Shown in pieces: positions 9,720 through 18,258 of a DNA stretch of 64,000 nt. Numbering within the stretch: the first letter of the stretch is position 1; every line of letters begins with the position of its first letter. The DNA comes from an archaeon. Its GTDB lineage: Archaea; Micrarchaeota; Micrarchaeia; Norongarragalinales; UBA97. Position numbers and translations under genes: made by a program. The stretch lies in NCBI GenBank assembly GCA_020057405.1, contig JAGVFW010000011.1:1-64000 (forward strand), in the 5' to 3' direction. Below the pieces are notes generated by a model that ran no database searches, was not told where the DNA came from, and saw nothing but the letters and a program-made list of their open reading frames with translations.

Positions 9720-10334
9720 ATGCGTAAACTGGTCCTCGCCTCAGTGCTCGCCATCATCGTAGTTGCGCTAGTTGCGGCGCTTCTTATTGGCAAAAGCGTT
9801 CCAGCGACAGAGCAACGCGTCACGATCATGGCGCCTGCCGTAACCGAGGAAGGCACTGGAGTCCTCGTCCCATTTGAAGTGAGCCTGCGGCCCGGCACCG
9901 GCCGCATTTTGGTTGACCTTGACAACGCGTTTTACCGCGAGGACATGGAAAACAGCCTGCGCAAGGCGCGCGCGATTGCAGCCAGGGAACTGGGCTTTAA
10001 CCCCGCCTCGTTTGACGTTGAAGTAAAGTCCGTTGGCGGCGAGAGGACGGTAAGCGGCGAGAGCGCAGGGGCGCTCTTCACCGTAGCAATTGCTTCAGCA
10101 TTTGCCGGCAGGCACATCCGGAATGACACTTCGATGAGCGCGGTGATTAACGAGGACGGTTCGCTTGGCCCCATCGAAAGCCTAAAAGAAAAGCTGGACG
10201 CGGCGAGCAAGGCCGGCGTCACGCGGTTTGTCGTCGCGCCGGGACAAATCGTCAACCCGGAAGCAGTGCCCCTTGGCGTAGTCATCGTGCGCGCGGCAAA
10301 CGCACGCGAGGCAATCACTGCAATGCTCGCATAG
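9720..10334 (+). CDS. second membrane-anchored Lon-like (S16) serine protease
   Basis: N-terminal TM; VSGESAGALFT (Ser), INEDGSLGPIESLKEKLDAA (Lys). Confidence 0.85.
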   Translation: MRKLVLASVLAIIVVALVAALLIGKSVPATEQRVTIMAPAVTEEGTGVLVPFEVSLRPGTGRILVDLDNAFYREDMENSLRKARAIAARELGFNPASFDVEVKSVGGERTVSGESAGALFTVAIASAFAGRHIRNDTSMSAVINEDGSLGPIESLKEKLDAASKAGVTRFVVAPGQIVNPEAVPLGVVIVRAANAREAITAMLA

Positions 10335-10385
10335 CAGTTAATAACCCGGTTCAGGCACTAGAATTACTGTAGAGACCTTTAGCGT

Positions 10386-10470
10386 GTGGGAGTCGCCTAG
10401 TGGCTATGGCGGCAGCCCGCTAAGCTGTTTGGGCGTAAGCCCTTCGGGGGTTCGAGTCCCCCCTCCCACG
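10386..10470 (+). tRNA. tRNA-Ser (GCT)
   Basis: Acceptor GTGGGAG/CTCCCAC, G73; anticodon arm GCAGC-CCGCTAA-GCTGT; long variable arm; T arm GGGGG-TTCGAGT-CCCCC. Confidence 0.9.
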
Positions 10471-10500
10471 CTCTCACTCAAGGCTTAAACGTGATTCGAT

Positions 10501-11124
10501 ATGCTCGTGCTCTTTGACCTCGATGGCACGCTGGTCGACTCACTCGAAGGATGGCTTAACGCCTACCGAAAAGCGCTCCACCCGCGCGACTTCTCGGACA
10601 GCAAGTTAGTCGAGGACTTCTTCGTCCATCACGCAAGAGAAACATTTTCAGAATACGGCATAAGCGACGCGGAAGCATTTTACAAAGCCATTGACGCGCA
10701 CCTGAAAAATGAGCCGAGCATGTGGACCGCGATAGAGCACGTTGACGAAACTCTGCACGAACTCAAGAGAAGGGGCCACACGCTAGGCATACTGACGAGC
10801 AGGAGAAAGACCACTGCGCGGTCGCTGTGCCCTCAAAGCATCCTTAAGCATGCGAGCGTTTTTCTCGACCGAAACGACGTGAAACCAAAGCCCGCACCCG
10901 ACGGCATTTACGAGGCCTGCAGGCTCACGGGCCTTCAGTTAAGCGAAACAGTCTTCATCGGCGACCACGAGACGGACTTCGGGTGCGCCGCCTCCGCGGG
11001 CGTGCCGTTCTTCTGGTTTAAGACTGCCAACGACAAGTTCTGGCGCCACCAGCGCATGGGCGACGGCGTCAAGTCGTTCTCAAACTTCAAGGAACTGCCG
11101 ACGCTGATTGAGAATCTAGGGTAA
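10501..11124 (+). CDS. HAD-family hydrolase (phosphoglycolate phosphatase-like)
   Basis: LFDLDGTLVDS, LTS, KPAPD, FIGDHETD motifs. Confidence 0.9.
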   Translation: MLVLFDLDGTLVDSLEGWLNAYRKALHPRDFSDSKLVEDFFVHHARETFSEYGISDAEAFYKAIDAHLKNEPSMWTAIEHVDETLHELKRRGHTLGILTSRRKTTARSLCPQSILKHASVFLDRNDVKPKPAPDGIYEACRLTGLQLSETVFIGDHETDFGCAASAGVPFFWFKTANDKFWRHQRMGDGVKSFSNFKELPTLIENLG

Positions 11125-11127
11125 AGC

Positions 11128-11673
11128 CTAGGGCAGGGACGGCTGCTCTTGCTCCCAGATAGGAAGCGCAGGCAAGTCAATTGGTGAAGCCGAAGGCTCC
11201 TCTGGCGGCAAAGGCGGGATGTCGAGAGTCGGCGTGGGTGACGGGCTTGGCGTAGGCAATTGGCTTGCGTAGGGCAGGTTGCCCTTGCCCAGGCTTGGAA
11301 GCATTGCCTGAAGGTCAGAAAGCGGCTTGTCGACTTGAGTGTGGTAGCTGAAGTAGAATATAGTGGCGGCCAACAGAAGGGCGAGGGTGATGAAGAACAG
11401 CCTGGCCTTTGAGTCGGGGCCCACGACTGCCCGGCCCTTGCCAGTCAACTCGTAGTACTTCCACTTGCGGTCCGAATCCAGCTTGATGACGAAACCGGCG
11501 TCCTCAAGCTTCCCAAGGTGCTTTGAGACCGTCGGCTTGCTTAAGCTGTGCGATTCGGCAAGCTCGCTTAGTGTCATGCGCCGGCTTGACAAGCTGCCAA
11601 GTAACGCCACCCGGGTTTTCGAGTCAAGGGAGCTTATCGACTCGCGGTCCAAAGTAAGTTCTTCTTCCTGCAC
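11128..11673 (-). CDS. ArsR-like winged-helix regulator with C-terminal TM and Pro-rich tail
   Basis: TRVALL..TLSELA..LSKPTVSKHLGKLEDAGFV..YYELT; TM LFFITLALLLAATIFYF; GTG start inferred at 11673. Confidence 0.8.
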   Translation of the reverse strand: MQEEELTLDRESISSLDSKTRVALLGSLSSRRMTLSELAESHSLSKPTVSKHLGKLEDAGFVIKLDSDRKWKYYELTGKGRAVVGPDSKARLFFITLALLLAATIFYFSYHTQVDKPLSDLQAMLPSLGKGNLPYASQLPTPSPSPTPTLDIPPLPPEEPSASPIDLPALPIWEQEQPSLP

Positions 11674-11815
11674 GCCAATCCAATTACAACTGAATTGCCG
11701 GCCATATAATAAGTCGAGTTTTTTGTTAGCAACCCAAACGAAGCTCGAAGCAAAAACGCAAAGCGAGCCTTTTTTTCCTGAAGCTAAATAAGTTAGCTGA
11801 GTTGGAAGTGAAGCC

Positions 11816-12526
11816 ATGCACTCCGTTGCAAAAACCGTATCAAGCGACTTGAAAAAACTCGCCAATCCGGCCAAGGCGAAAATCTTGCAAGGATTCTTCA
11901 AGACCGGCGAGGGACAGTACGGCGAGGGCGACGTTTTCTACGGCGTGACCGTGCCCCAGACGAGGACGGTAGCGGCCAAGCACGCCAAGGCAGCGACTCT
12001 TGCCGACGCGGGCGAACTCCTGCACTCCAAAATCCACGAAGAGCGCTTGGCCGCGCTTTTGATTCTCGTGCACCAGTTCCAGCGCGAGGGCGATTCGGAC
12101 AAGAAACGGATTTACGAATTCTATCTCAAGAACGCTGGTCGCGTGAACAACTGGGACCTCGTCGACCTTAGCGCGCCTAAGATCGTGGGCGCGTATCTTC
12201 AAGGCAAAGACAAGGCGGTCTTGCGAAGGCTAGCGCGTTCGAAAAACATTTGGGAAAGGCGCATCGCAATTGTCGCGACTTTCCACTTCATCTACTACGG
12301 CGATGCGAAGGACGCTCTTGAAATTGCGGAAATCTTACTGCACGACAAACACGACTTGATCCAGAAGGCGGTCGGCTGGATGCTGCGCGAGGTAGGCAAG
12401 CGCTGCTCGCAAGAGGAACTCGAGGGATTTTTGCGCACCCACGGCAAGGAAATGCCTCGAACGATGCTGCGCTATGCAATCGAGCGGCTGCCCGAAGCAA
12501 AGCGGAAGCAGTACTTGCAACTCTGA
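11816..12526 (+). CDS. DNA alkylation repair protein (AlkD-like)
   Basis: FFKTGEGQYGEGD, NNWDLVD, WERRIAIV, DLIQKAVGWMLRE, MPRTMLRYAIE. Confidence 0.9.
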   Translation: MHSVAKTVSSDLKKLANPAKAKILQGFFKTGEGQYGEGDVFYGVTVPQTRTVAAKHAKAATLADAGELLHSKIHEERLAALLILVHQFQREGDSDKKRIYEFYLKNAGRVNNWDLVDLSAPKIVGAYLQGKDKAVLRRLARSKNIWERRIAIVATFHFIYYGDAKDALEIAEILLHDKHDLIQKAVGWMLREVGKRCSQEELEGFLRTHGKEMPRTMLRYAIERLPEAKRKQYLQL

Positions 12527-12585
12527 AGCTGCGGGCAACTAATGAAAAACAAACCGTAATAAGACTCGAATCAAGAAATGAAATC

Positions 12586-13551
12586 GTGAAATTTAGTTTT
12601 GCATTCATTGCGCTGGTTGCTGCGAGCCTGCTGGTTTCCGGTTGCATAGGCCAAAAAGAGCAAAAGCCTGACGCGCTTCAAAACCCTGCATACGCAGAAC
12701 GCCTCAGTAATCTTGGCCTTAGCTTGTCTACAAGCGACGACCCTGCCATTAGTGGTTATACGCCAATACTCAGTTCCGCACAATGGGTTAGCAGAACAGG
12801 CGGAGAATATGGAAAAATTACTTACGCCGACAACTCGGGAAACAGGTTCACCGTTACAGTAAGCCGCGTTGAAGAGCCGGAACTCGAACCCTTAAACTGC
12901 AGCGAAATACGCGCCCAAGAATACAAACTGCCGGAAAATGCCGGGGGACAAAGTGTTTGCAGGGGAATGATTGGCGTAGAGCAGGTAGGCTACGACTACT
13001 ACTGGAAAAGCGGAAACTACCGCGTAGGGATTATTCAAAACAACATTGGCAGCGACGGCACGGCGATAGTTTCGACATTCGCAAAAAGATATCCCCCCGA
13101 GTCCTTGACGCCAATTCACCCGACTAAGCAAGAGCTATTCGAAGAATTGCTCATCATGAGGGACATTGGTGGCCTGAAAATACTCCCCTCAACCAAAGAA
13201 GGCCTCATCACATTCAGCCGAATTCCAAAAGAAATAGGCTACAAAGGCACTTGGGGCAGGGTGCGCGCGGTATACGAGGCGAAAACATCAAGCGGAACAG
13301 CACAGTATACCGCACAAGTAGACTTTGACGATAGCAGACGCCTTGACACCAAATATTGTTCAGGCTGGAGCGGCTCTAAATTCGCGGAATTTAATGGCGT
13401 GACTTTATGCCAAGGACCTCCCGGAGAGAAAACAACTGCATACTACTGGAATAGTGGGTTTTTCGGAGTGAAAATACTACAGCCACCCGACCAAGAGCTT
13501 AACGCGCCACTCGTTTCCGCCTACCTAGCCAAATACCCGGCTGACAACTAG
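12586..13551 (+). CDS. putative lipoprotein with an internal two-fold repeat
   Basis: Lipobox LVSGC; repeated YYW(K/N)SG..V.I.Q..VS....(R/K)YP halves. Confidence 0.7.
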   Translation: MKFSFAFIALVAASLLVSGCIGQKEQKPDALQNPAYAERLSNLGLSLSTSDDPAISGYTPILSSAQWVSRTGGEYGKITYADNSGNRFTVTVSRVEEPELEPLNCSEIRAQEYKLPENAGGQSVCRGMIGVEQVGYDYYWKSGNYRVGIIQNNIGSDGTAIVSTFAKRYPPESLTPIHPTKQELFEELLIMRDIGGLKILPSTKEGLITFSRIPKEIGYKGTWGRVRAVYEAKTSSGTAQYTAQVDFDDSRRLDTKYCSGWSGSKFAEFNGVTLCQGPPGEKTTAYYWNSGFFGVKILQPPDQELNAPLVSAYLAKYPADN

Positions 13552-13599
13552 CCTCACTTGCGCAAAGCAAGAAAAGGCTTTACATGATAAGGTGAAGTT

Positions 13600-14004
13600 A
13601 TGCCGAAAATTATGCTTGCAGGGTGCGTCATCCTAAACGAGGAAGGAAAAGTGCTTTTGCTCCACCGCAAGGAAGCGGGAAAGAGCCAATGGGAACTTCC
13701 TGGCGGCAAGATAGAGGAGGGCGAGGAGCCCTGGCAGGCTGCTGTGCGCGAGTCGCTAGAGGAAGTGGGTGTCGAGCCCGCGATTGCGATGGAGCTTGGC
13801 TTCCGCGAATTCCGCGAGAGTGCGGCAATTTACAAGTACTACTGGTTCTCCGCGACTATTGACAAGCCGCCTTCAATCAAGGAGAGCAAGTTTGACAAGC
13901 TCGCTTACTTTTCGTGGCACGACATGACAATAATGCGCGAGGAACTCTCGCCAAACGCGCGCAACCTCCTCCAGGCATACGAGGACAACAAGCTGCCCCT
14001 CTAA
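13600..14004 (+). CDS. NUDIX hydrolase
   Basis: Nudix box PGGKIEEGEEPWQAAVRESLEEVG. Confidence 0.92.
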   Translation: MPKIMLAGCVILNEEGKVLLLHRKEAGKSQWELPGGKIEEGEEPWQAAVRESLEEVGVEPAIAMELGFREFRESAAIYKYYWFSATIDKPPSIKESKFDKLAYFSWHDMTIMREELSPNARNLLQAYEDNKLPL

Positions 14005-14058
14005 GGCCAAAGACTGCCGCAACTAATTTATTCAATCAACGCCCCCATTAGAAGTTCG

Positions 14059-14814
14059 ATGAAAAAACTCTTGCGGCGTGTCGCCGCGGCTGCCGTTTTA
14101 CTTAGCGCTTCCGCGACGACGGGAAACGTCGGTCCGGCAATAGCCCGCTCGTCACAACCGTTTGCCTTCCACGCCTCGCCCGCAAGCAATATCGAAGTTT
14201 TGCGGCCGGCAAAGGGCCAGTCGCTAAAGGCGTTCGCCGCCTCCACCAAGGGCAAGTACAAGTGGGTTGTCAACGCGGGTTTCTTCAACCCAAAAAACCG
14301 CATGCCAATAGGATTTCTGCGGGACGATGGCCAACACATTGACTCAATCCACTTAACGTCAAGCCGAAGCGCCCTCGGAATCTTCGAGATTGGCGAGCAG
14401 CGGTTTGCGTCAATTGACCGCGTGCTGCACACCAAGTCCGGAAAAATTTATTACCGCATCACGAGCGGCTACGACTGGAAAAAAGCAATCGAGGCAGTGC
14501 AGGGAGGCCCGAGGCTCGTGCAGGATGGGAAAGTTGTCTTCGGCACGCAAGAGCACCGCGAAGGGTTCAAGCCCGACGTCTTGAAAGGCGCAAACCGCAG
14601 GACCGTCGTTGGGCTCGACGCGGACGGCAACGTCATGGTGCTCGTGTTCAATAAAGACATTGGCCTAAAGGACGCCGCAGAGGCAATGAAGCGGAAAAAC
14701 GCCGTCCACGCCTTCAACCTCGACGGCGGCACTAGCACGACGCTTATTGAGGACGGAAAACTGCGGCTCTACTCCGGCCGCTACCCGCCAGTCTACCTCG
14801 CTGGCCGCAAGTAG
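14059..14814 (+). CDS. phosphodiester glycosidase (NAGPA-like) family protein, secreted
   Basis: VNAGFF, GGPRLV, RTVVG, AFNLDGGTST motifs; RR-containing signal peptide. Confidence 0.85.
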   Translation: MKKLLRRVAAAAVLLSASATTGNVGPAIARSSQPFAFHASPASNIEVLRPAKGQSLKAFAASTKGKYKWVVNAGFFNPKNRMPIGFLRDDGQHIDSIHLTSSRSALGIFEIGEQRFASIDRVLHTKSGKIYYRITSGYDWKKAIEAVQGGPRLVQDGKVVFGTQEHREGFKPDVLKGANRRTVVGLDADGNVMVLVFNKDIGLKDAAEAMKRKNAVHAFNLDGGTSTTLIEDGKLRLYSGRYPPVYLAGRK

Positions 14815-14888
14815 GCAGAAGAGCGTTTAATAGCCAGCGCGGGCAACACTGACGCCCAAGCCAAAGCCCCACGCCCCCAACAATAAGT

Positions 14889-15056
14889 TCAGCGCTTCTT
14901 CTTGGCCTTCTCGGGCCGAGTCTTTCTTGCAGGACGGCAGGCGTGGCCTTCAACTGGTTTTGAAAACTCTTTTCCGCACTGCGGGCACTTCCAAAAGCCG
15001 ATGCGCTTGATGAGTGAAGTGACGCTTGAGACGACGCGCTTGTGCTCTTCACTCAT
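14889..15056 (-). CDS. small C2HC zinc-finger-like basic protein
   Basis: WKCPQCGKEF...GHAC; ATG overlaps the stop codon of the upstream SRPBCC gene. Confidence 0.5.
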   Translation of the reverse strand: MSEEHKRVVSSVTSLIKRIGFWKCPQCGKEFSKPVEGHACRPARKTRPEKAKKKR

Positions 15057-15448
15057 ATTGCCGTGCTCCTCAAAAACTTCTTGAGTGGAGACCAATAGAA
15101 TTCCTTCCAGCCGCTTGCGATGTCTTTAGCAAATTCTTCGGGAACGCCGGTTTGAACGAAAGTGAGCTTGGTGTTCTTGCCGGCGGCGGTTAATTGAAAA
15201 ACAACTTTGGAGAAAACGCCGTCGGGCCAGTCGCTGGCGCGCCACGCTTGGACAATTTTCTTTGATTCAACCAGCTCGAGGTTCTTCCCTGTTGCCCAAC
15301 CGTCAAAGGCAGTGAACTTGCCGCCCGGTATCCGGCTGATTACAGCCTTGCCTCCCGTAAACGCGGAGTGCTTGGCCGAATCCATCAAAGCGGCGTAAAC
15401 TAGAACAGGTTTTGCGGGCAGAATGACCGACTGGCGGATTGACTTCAT
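15053..15448 (-). CDS. SRPBCC/AHSA1 domain protein
   Basis: VYAALMD..HSAFTG, GGKF.AFDG, KKIVQAWR, GWKEFYW. Confidence 0.88.
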   Translation of the reverse strand: MKSIRQSVILPAKPVLVYAALMDSAKHSAFTGGKAVISRIPGGKFTAFDGWATGKNLELVESKKIVQAWRASDWPDGVFSKVVFQLTAAGKNTKLTFVQTGVPEEFAKDIASGWKEFYWSPLKKFLRSTAI

Positions 15449-15539
15449 TTAACCAAAGCCAATAGGAAAACGAGGTTTTTTAAGCCCCCGAAAATTGGCT
15501 TTAAAGGGGGAAACCCCGTTTGGAGAGGTGGTTTGGGAA

Positions 15540-15962
15540 ATGATTGAAATAGTCACTAATTGGATGGCAGTCGTTGCCGCGGCAGTTTCGGCAATGGTAA
15601 TCGGCTACGTTTGGTACGGCCCGCTTTTCGGAAAGATGTGGATGAAACTAATGGGAGTCAAGGAAATGGGCGACAAGAACGGCATGATGAAGGGTATGGC
15701 GCTCGACTTTCTCGGCGCCCTCGTGATGTCCTACGGGTTCGTCTTCACCCTGTCGTTTGCCATTGCAGCCGGGTTTGTGGCTAAAGGCGATTTCGTCAGC
15801 GGCGCGATGGGCGGATTCTGGGTCTGGCTCACCTTCGTCGCAACGGTGATGCTCGGCATGGTCGCCTGGGAAAAGAAGCCCTGGAACCTGTACTTCATCA
15901 ACGTCGGCTACCGCCTAGTGTCGATGGCAGTGATGGCAGGAATCATCACCGCGTGGATGTAA
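15540..15962 (+). CDS. DUF1761-family membrane protein
   Basis: NWMAVVAAA..IGYVWYGPLFGKMWM; WEKKPW.LYFIN.GY. Confidence 0.85.
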   Translation: MIEIVTNWMAVVAAAVSAMVIGYVWYGPLFGKMWMKLMGVKEMGDKNGMMKGMALDFLGALVMSYGFVFTLSFAIAAGFVAKGDFVSGAMGGFWVWLTFVATVMLGMVAWEKKPWNLYFINVGYRLVSMAVMAGIITAWM

Positions 15963-16058
15963 GCACTTCGCCCATTCTTCCGACGGGGGACCCGGCAAAC
16001 CCCCCAACACTCTTTTTTATTACCCTCTTTTCCCTAACAACCTAGAGAGTGGGTCGTT

Positions 16059-16736
16059 ATGCGGTTCTTCAAGTACGGCGAGAAAGGCAGTGAAATCCTG
16101 GCAATAGTGCTGCCTGGAAGCATCCAGCGAAGCTCAATGGTGAAGGAAGGCGACGAGTACGAGTTCATCGAATTGGCTCCGGGGGCTTTCTTCCTCGCAA
16201 GCAAGGCATATCTCTCCGACGTGACTAGAAAAGACCTCGTCGCCAAGCTTGGAGCCAAGGTATTTGAATCAAGCGTCAAGCCCGCCGGGCAAACGACCGC
16301 GGCGCCCGTTTCGCAAACAGCCGTCCCGGCTCCAGTGGCCAAGGTAGAGTCTCCAAAACAGTGGGCGGCAGTCGGGGTACCGCAGTCGGCTTCAAAGAAC
16401 TACTTTGAGGGCGAACTTGAAAAGCAGGGCTTTTTGGTCGTGGAAAACGAGGCCGAGGCCAAGGAACTCAGTAAAGCGCTCGAGGCCCGCATCAAGACGG
16501 GCGACGTCAAGGGCGTGCGCGGGTTTGACAAAAAGTTTTACATCGTCAGCCGCGAGTTCTACGAGTCGAATGTCGCAAAAGTGATGAACTCGCCGCCCAA
16601 GTCGGAATTCACTGCCGCCGAAGTCACGGGCATCGTGAAAACTCCCGAACCCGGCGCCGCCGCACTATTGCAAGTGATGAAGGAAGAAGGCCAGTTGCTT
16701 GAGAAGCGCCGCGGCTACTACCAAATCATCAGGTAG
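16059..16736 (+). CDS. hypothetical protein (conserved-looking, possible C-terminal winged helix)
   Basis: 225-aa ORF with typical codon usage. Confidence 0.6.
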   Translation: MRFFKYGEKGSEILAIVLPGSIQRSSMVKEGDEYEFIELAPGAFFLASKAYLSDVTRKDLVAKLGAKVFESSVKPAGQTTAAPVSQTAVPAPVAKVESPKQWAAVGVPQSASKNYFEGELEKQGFLVVENEAEAKELSKALEARIKTGDVKGVRGFDKKFYIVSREFYESNVAKVMNSPPKSEFTAAEVTGIVKTPEPGAAALLQVMKEEGQLLEKRRGYYQIIR

Positions 16737-16745
16737 TGATGAAAA

Positions 16746-17381
16746 TTGGTTAGGAAGCAAGCTCTCTTTTCCAAGATGGCTACGTGGCCCGGCCGCCACG
16801 CTTCACTGATTAAGGAAATGGCGCGCATCCTGCCCTCAAGCGGCAGGCTCGAAATCGTGAACTACGGGCCTGGCGTGATGCACAAGGGCTTTGTTCCGCT
16901 GGTGCCAAAAGGGGAAAAAGCATCCAAGGGCCCGCTCGTGCGCAGCTGGGGCCGCGCAATCCGCCTAGTTGAAAGTACGGCCAGAAGACGCATGGAAACT
17001 CCCGAAGGCCTCGTGACTTTCGAGCCTTTTGAAATCGCCCAGGCGATGGGCGAGGAGAAAAAAGACTTCCGCCTGACCGTCATCGACAAGAAGAGCCATG
17101 TGCAAACTGTGATGGAAAACTCTCCGAGTTATCCTTTGCATCGCAAGAACATCCGCTTCATCAACGCCGGCATAGAAACATTGAGCACGCCCGCCCACGG
17201 CATTGTCGCACTTGCCGTGATTGGCTACGCAGACCGAAAGAAAGCGGTTGCGAACATGGCAAAAGCGCTCGAGACCGGAGGGGTTCTTGCAACCGACCAC
17301 CTCACGGAGAAAGAAATGGCGGAGCACGGCCTGAAACTCCACAGGAAGTACGCCGACGGCGCACTCTACGTCAAGCAATAA
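16746..17381 (+). CDS. SAM-dependent methyltransferase-like protein
   Basis: EIVNYGPG motif-I variant, LTVID, AVANMAKALETGGVLAT. Confidence 0.55.
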   Translation: MVRKQALFSKMATWPGRHASLIKEMARILPSSGRLEIVNYGPGVMHKGFVPLVPKGEKASKGPLVRSWGRAIRLVESTARRRMETPEGLVTFEPFEIAQAMGEEKKDFRLTVIDKKSHVQTVMENSPSYPLHRKNIRFINAGIETLSTPAHGIVALAVIGYADRKKAVANMAKALETGGVLATDHLTEKEMAEHGLKLHRKYADGALYVKQ

Positions 17382-17466
17382 CCGGGGGGGGGGGGAATAC
17401 CGGAATGCCGCTGTTTTTATTCCGTCCCGCGGTTCGCCCTATTACCCACTAAAGTGATGCCCCCCT

Positions 17467-17745
17467 ATGCCGTCAGTCTTCGTACTGTCAAACGACCGCC
17501 AGTCAACAGACTCAGCCATGGCGTTTACCGGCGACGAGTTAATCGTGCTCGTCGTCATCGACAAGGGCGCCCTCGCGACGAGCTTCGATTCAAGAATGGA
17601 CGCGATTGAACGAAAGGCAATGGCCCTTGAGCACAAGCTCGCATCTATCGGCAAAAAGTGCCGAGTCATAGTCGAGTGGGGCGACAAGAATGAAGTCGTC
17701 GCAAATACCCTCACCCGCGAGCGGGCGCAACTTTTGCCTAGCTGA
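17467..17745 (+). CDS. hypothetical protein (universal-stress-protein-like)
   Basis: LIVLVVID..., VIVEWGDKNEVVAN pattern. Confidence 0.5.
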   Translation: MPSVFVLSNDRQSTDSAMAFTGDELIVLVVIDKGALATSFDSRMDAIERKAMALEHKLASIGKKCRVIVEWGDKNEVVANTLTRERAQLLPS

Positions 17746-17938
17746 TTCGCTTTAGCCCGAAGCCATTATATTCCGCCTGCTGGAAGTCAATAGAATATGG
17801 CGGCCAAACACTTCCTGCGCAACAACGCCCAGTTGATTAAAGGACTCAGGCAAATTACTGCCGCCAGCGACAGGCCTCTAAGCATGGCAAGTTTGGCGGG
17901 CTCGATGCACAAAAAAAATCGCGCTCGGCCTTGGCCGC

Positions 17939-18202
17939 ATGAATGTTCGCACCGAAAACCAAGCGATTTCACGAAGCGGCAACCGCGCAGACATTGTCGT
18001 CGCCCTAAGCACGCCGGTAGCCAACTTGTCTAAGCGGAGCCTGCACTTGAGTGCGGCCCGCTCTGCAATGGCAAACGGCGGGTGGCTTGTCACAAAACCA
18101 CTCGCGCCAGAAGAACTCCTGGCTCACTCGCTAAAAGAACACGCCAACTACGGAAAAACAGCCATTTACGTGGTAGACGAAAAGACGCGATCGCGCCGGT
18201 AA
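17939..18202 (+). CDS. hypothetical protein
   Basis: 87-aa ORF; start uncertain. Confidence 0.35.
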   Translation: MNVRTENQAISRSGNRADIVVALSTPVANLSKRSLHLSAARSAMANGGWLVTKPLAPEELLAHSLKEHANYGKTAIYVVDEKTRSRR

Positions 18203-18258
18203 ACGCACCCTCCCCCCGCGCCGCCGATAATAAAAGCCTGCGCGACATAAGCACCTTC

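Noticed and set aside
9602-9925. N-terminal extension of the 701-aa ORF
   Set aside because: It overlaps the Lon-like gene on the opposite strand; the signal peptide and RBS place the start at 9601.
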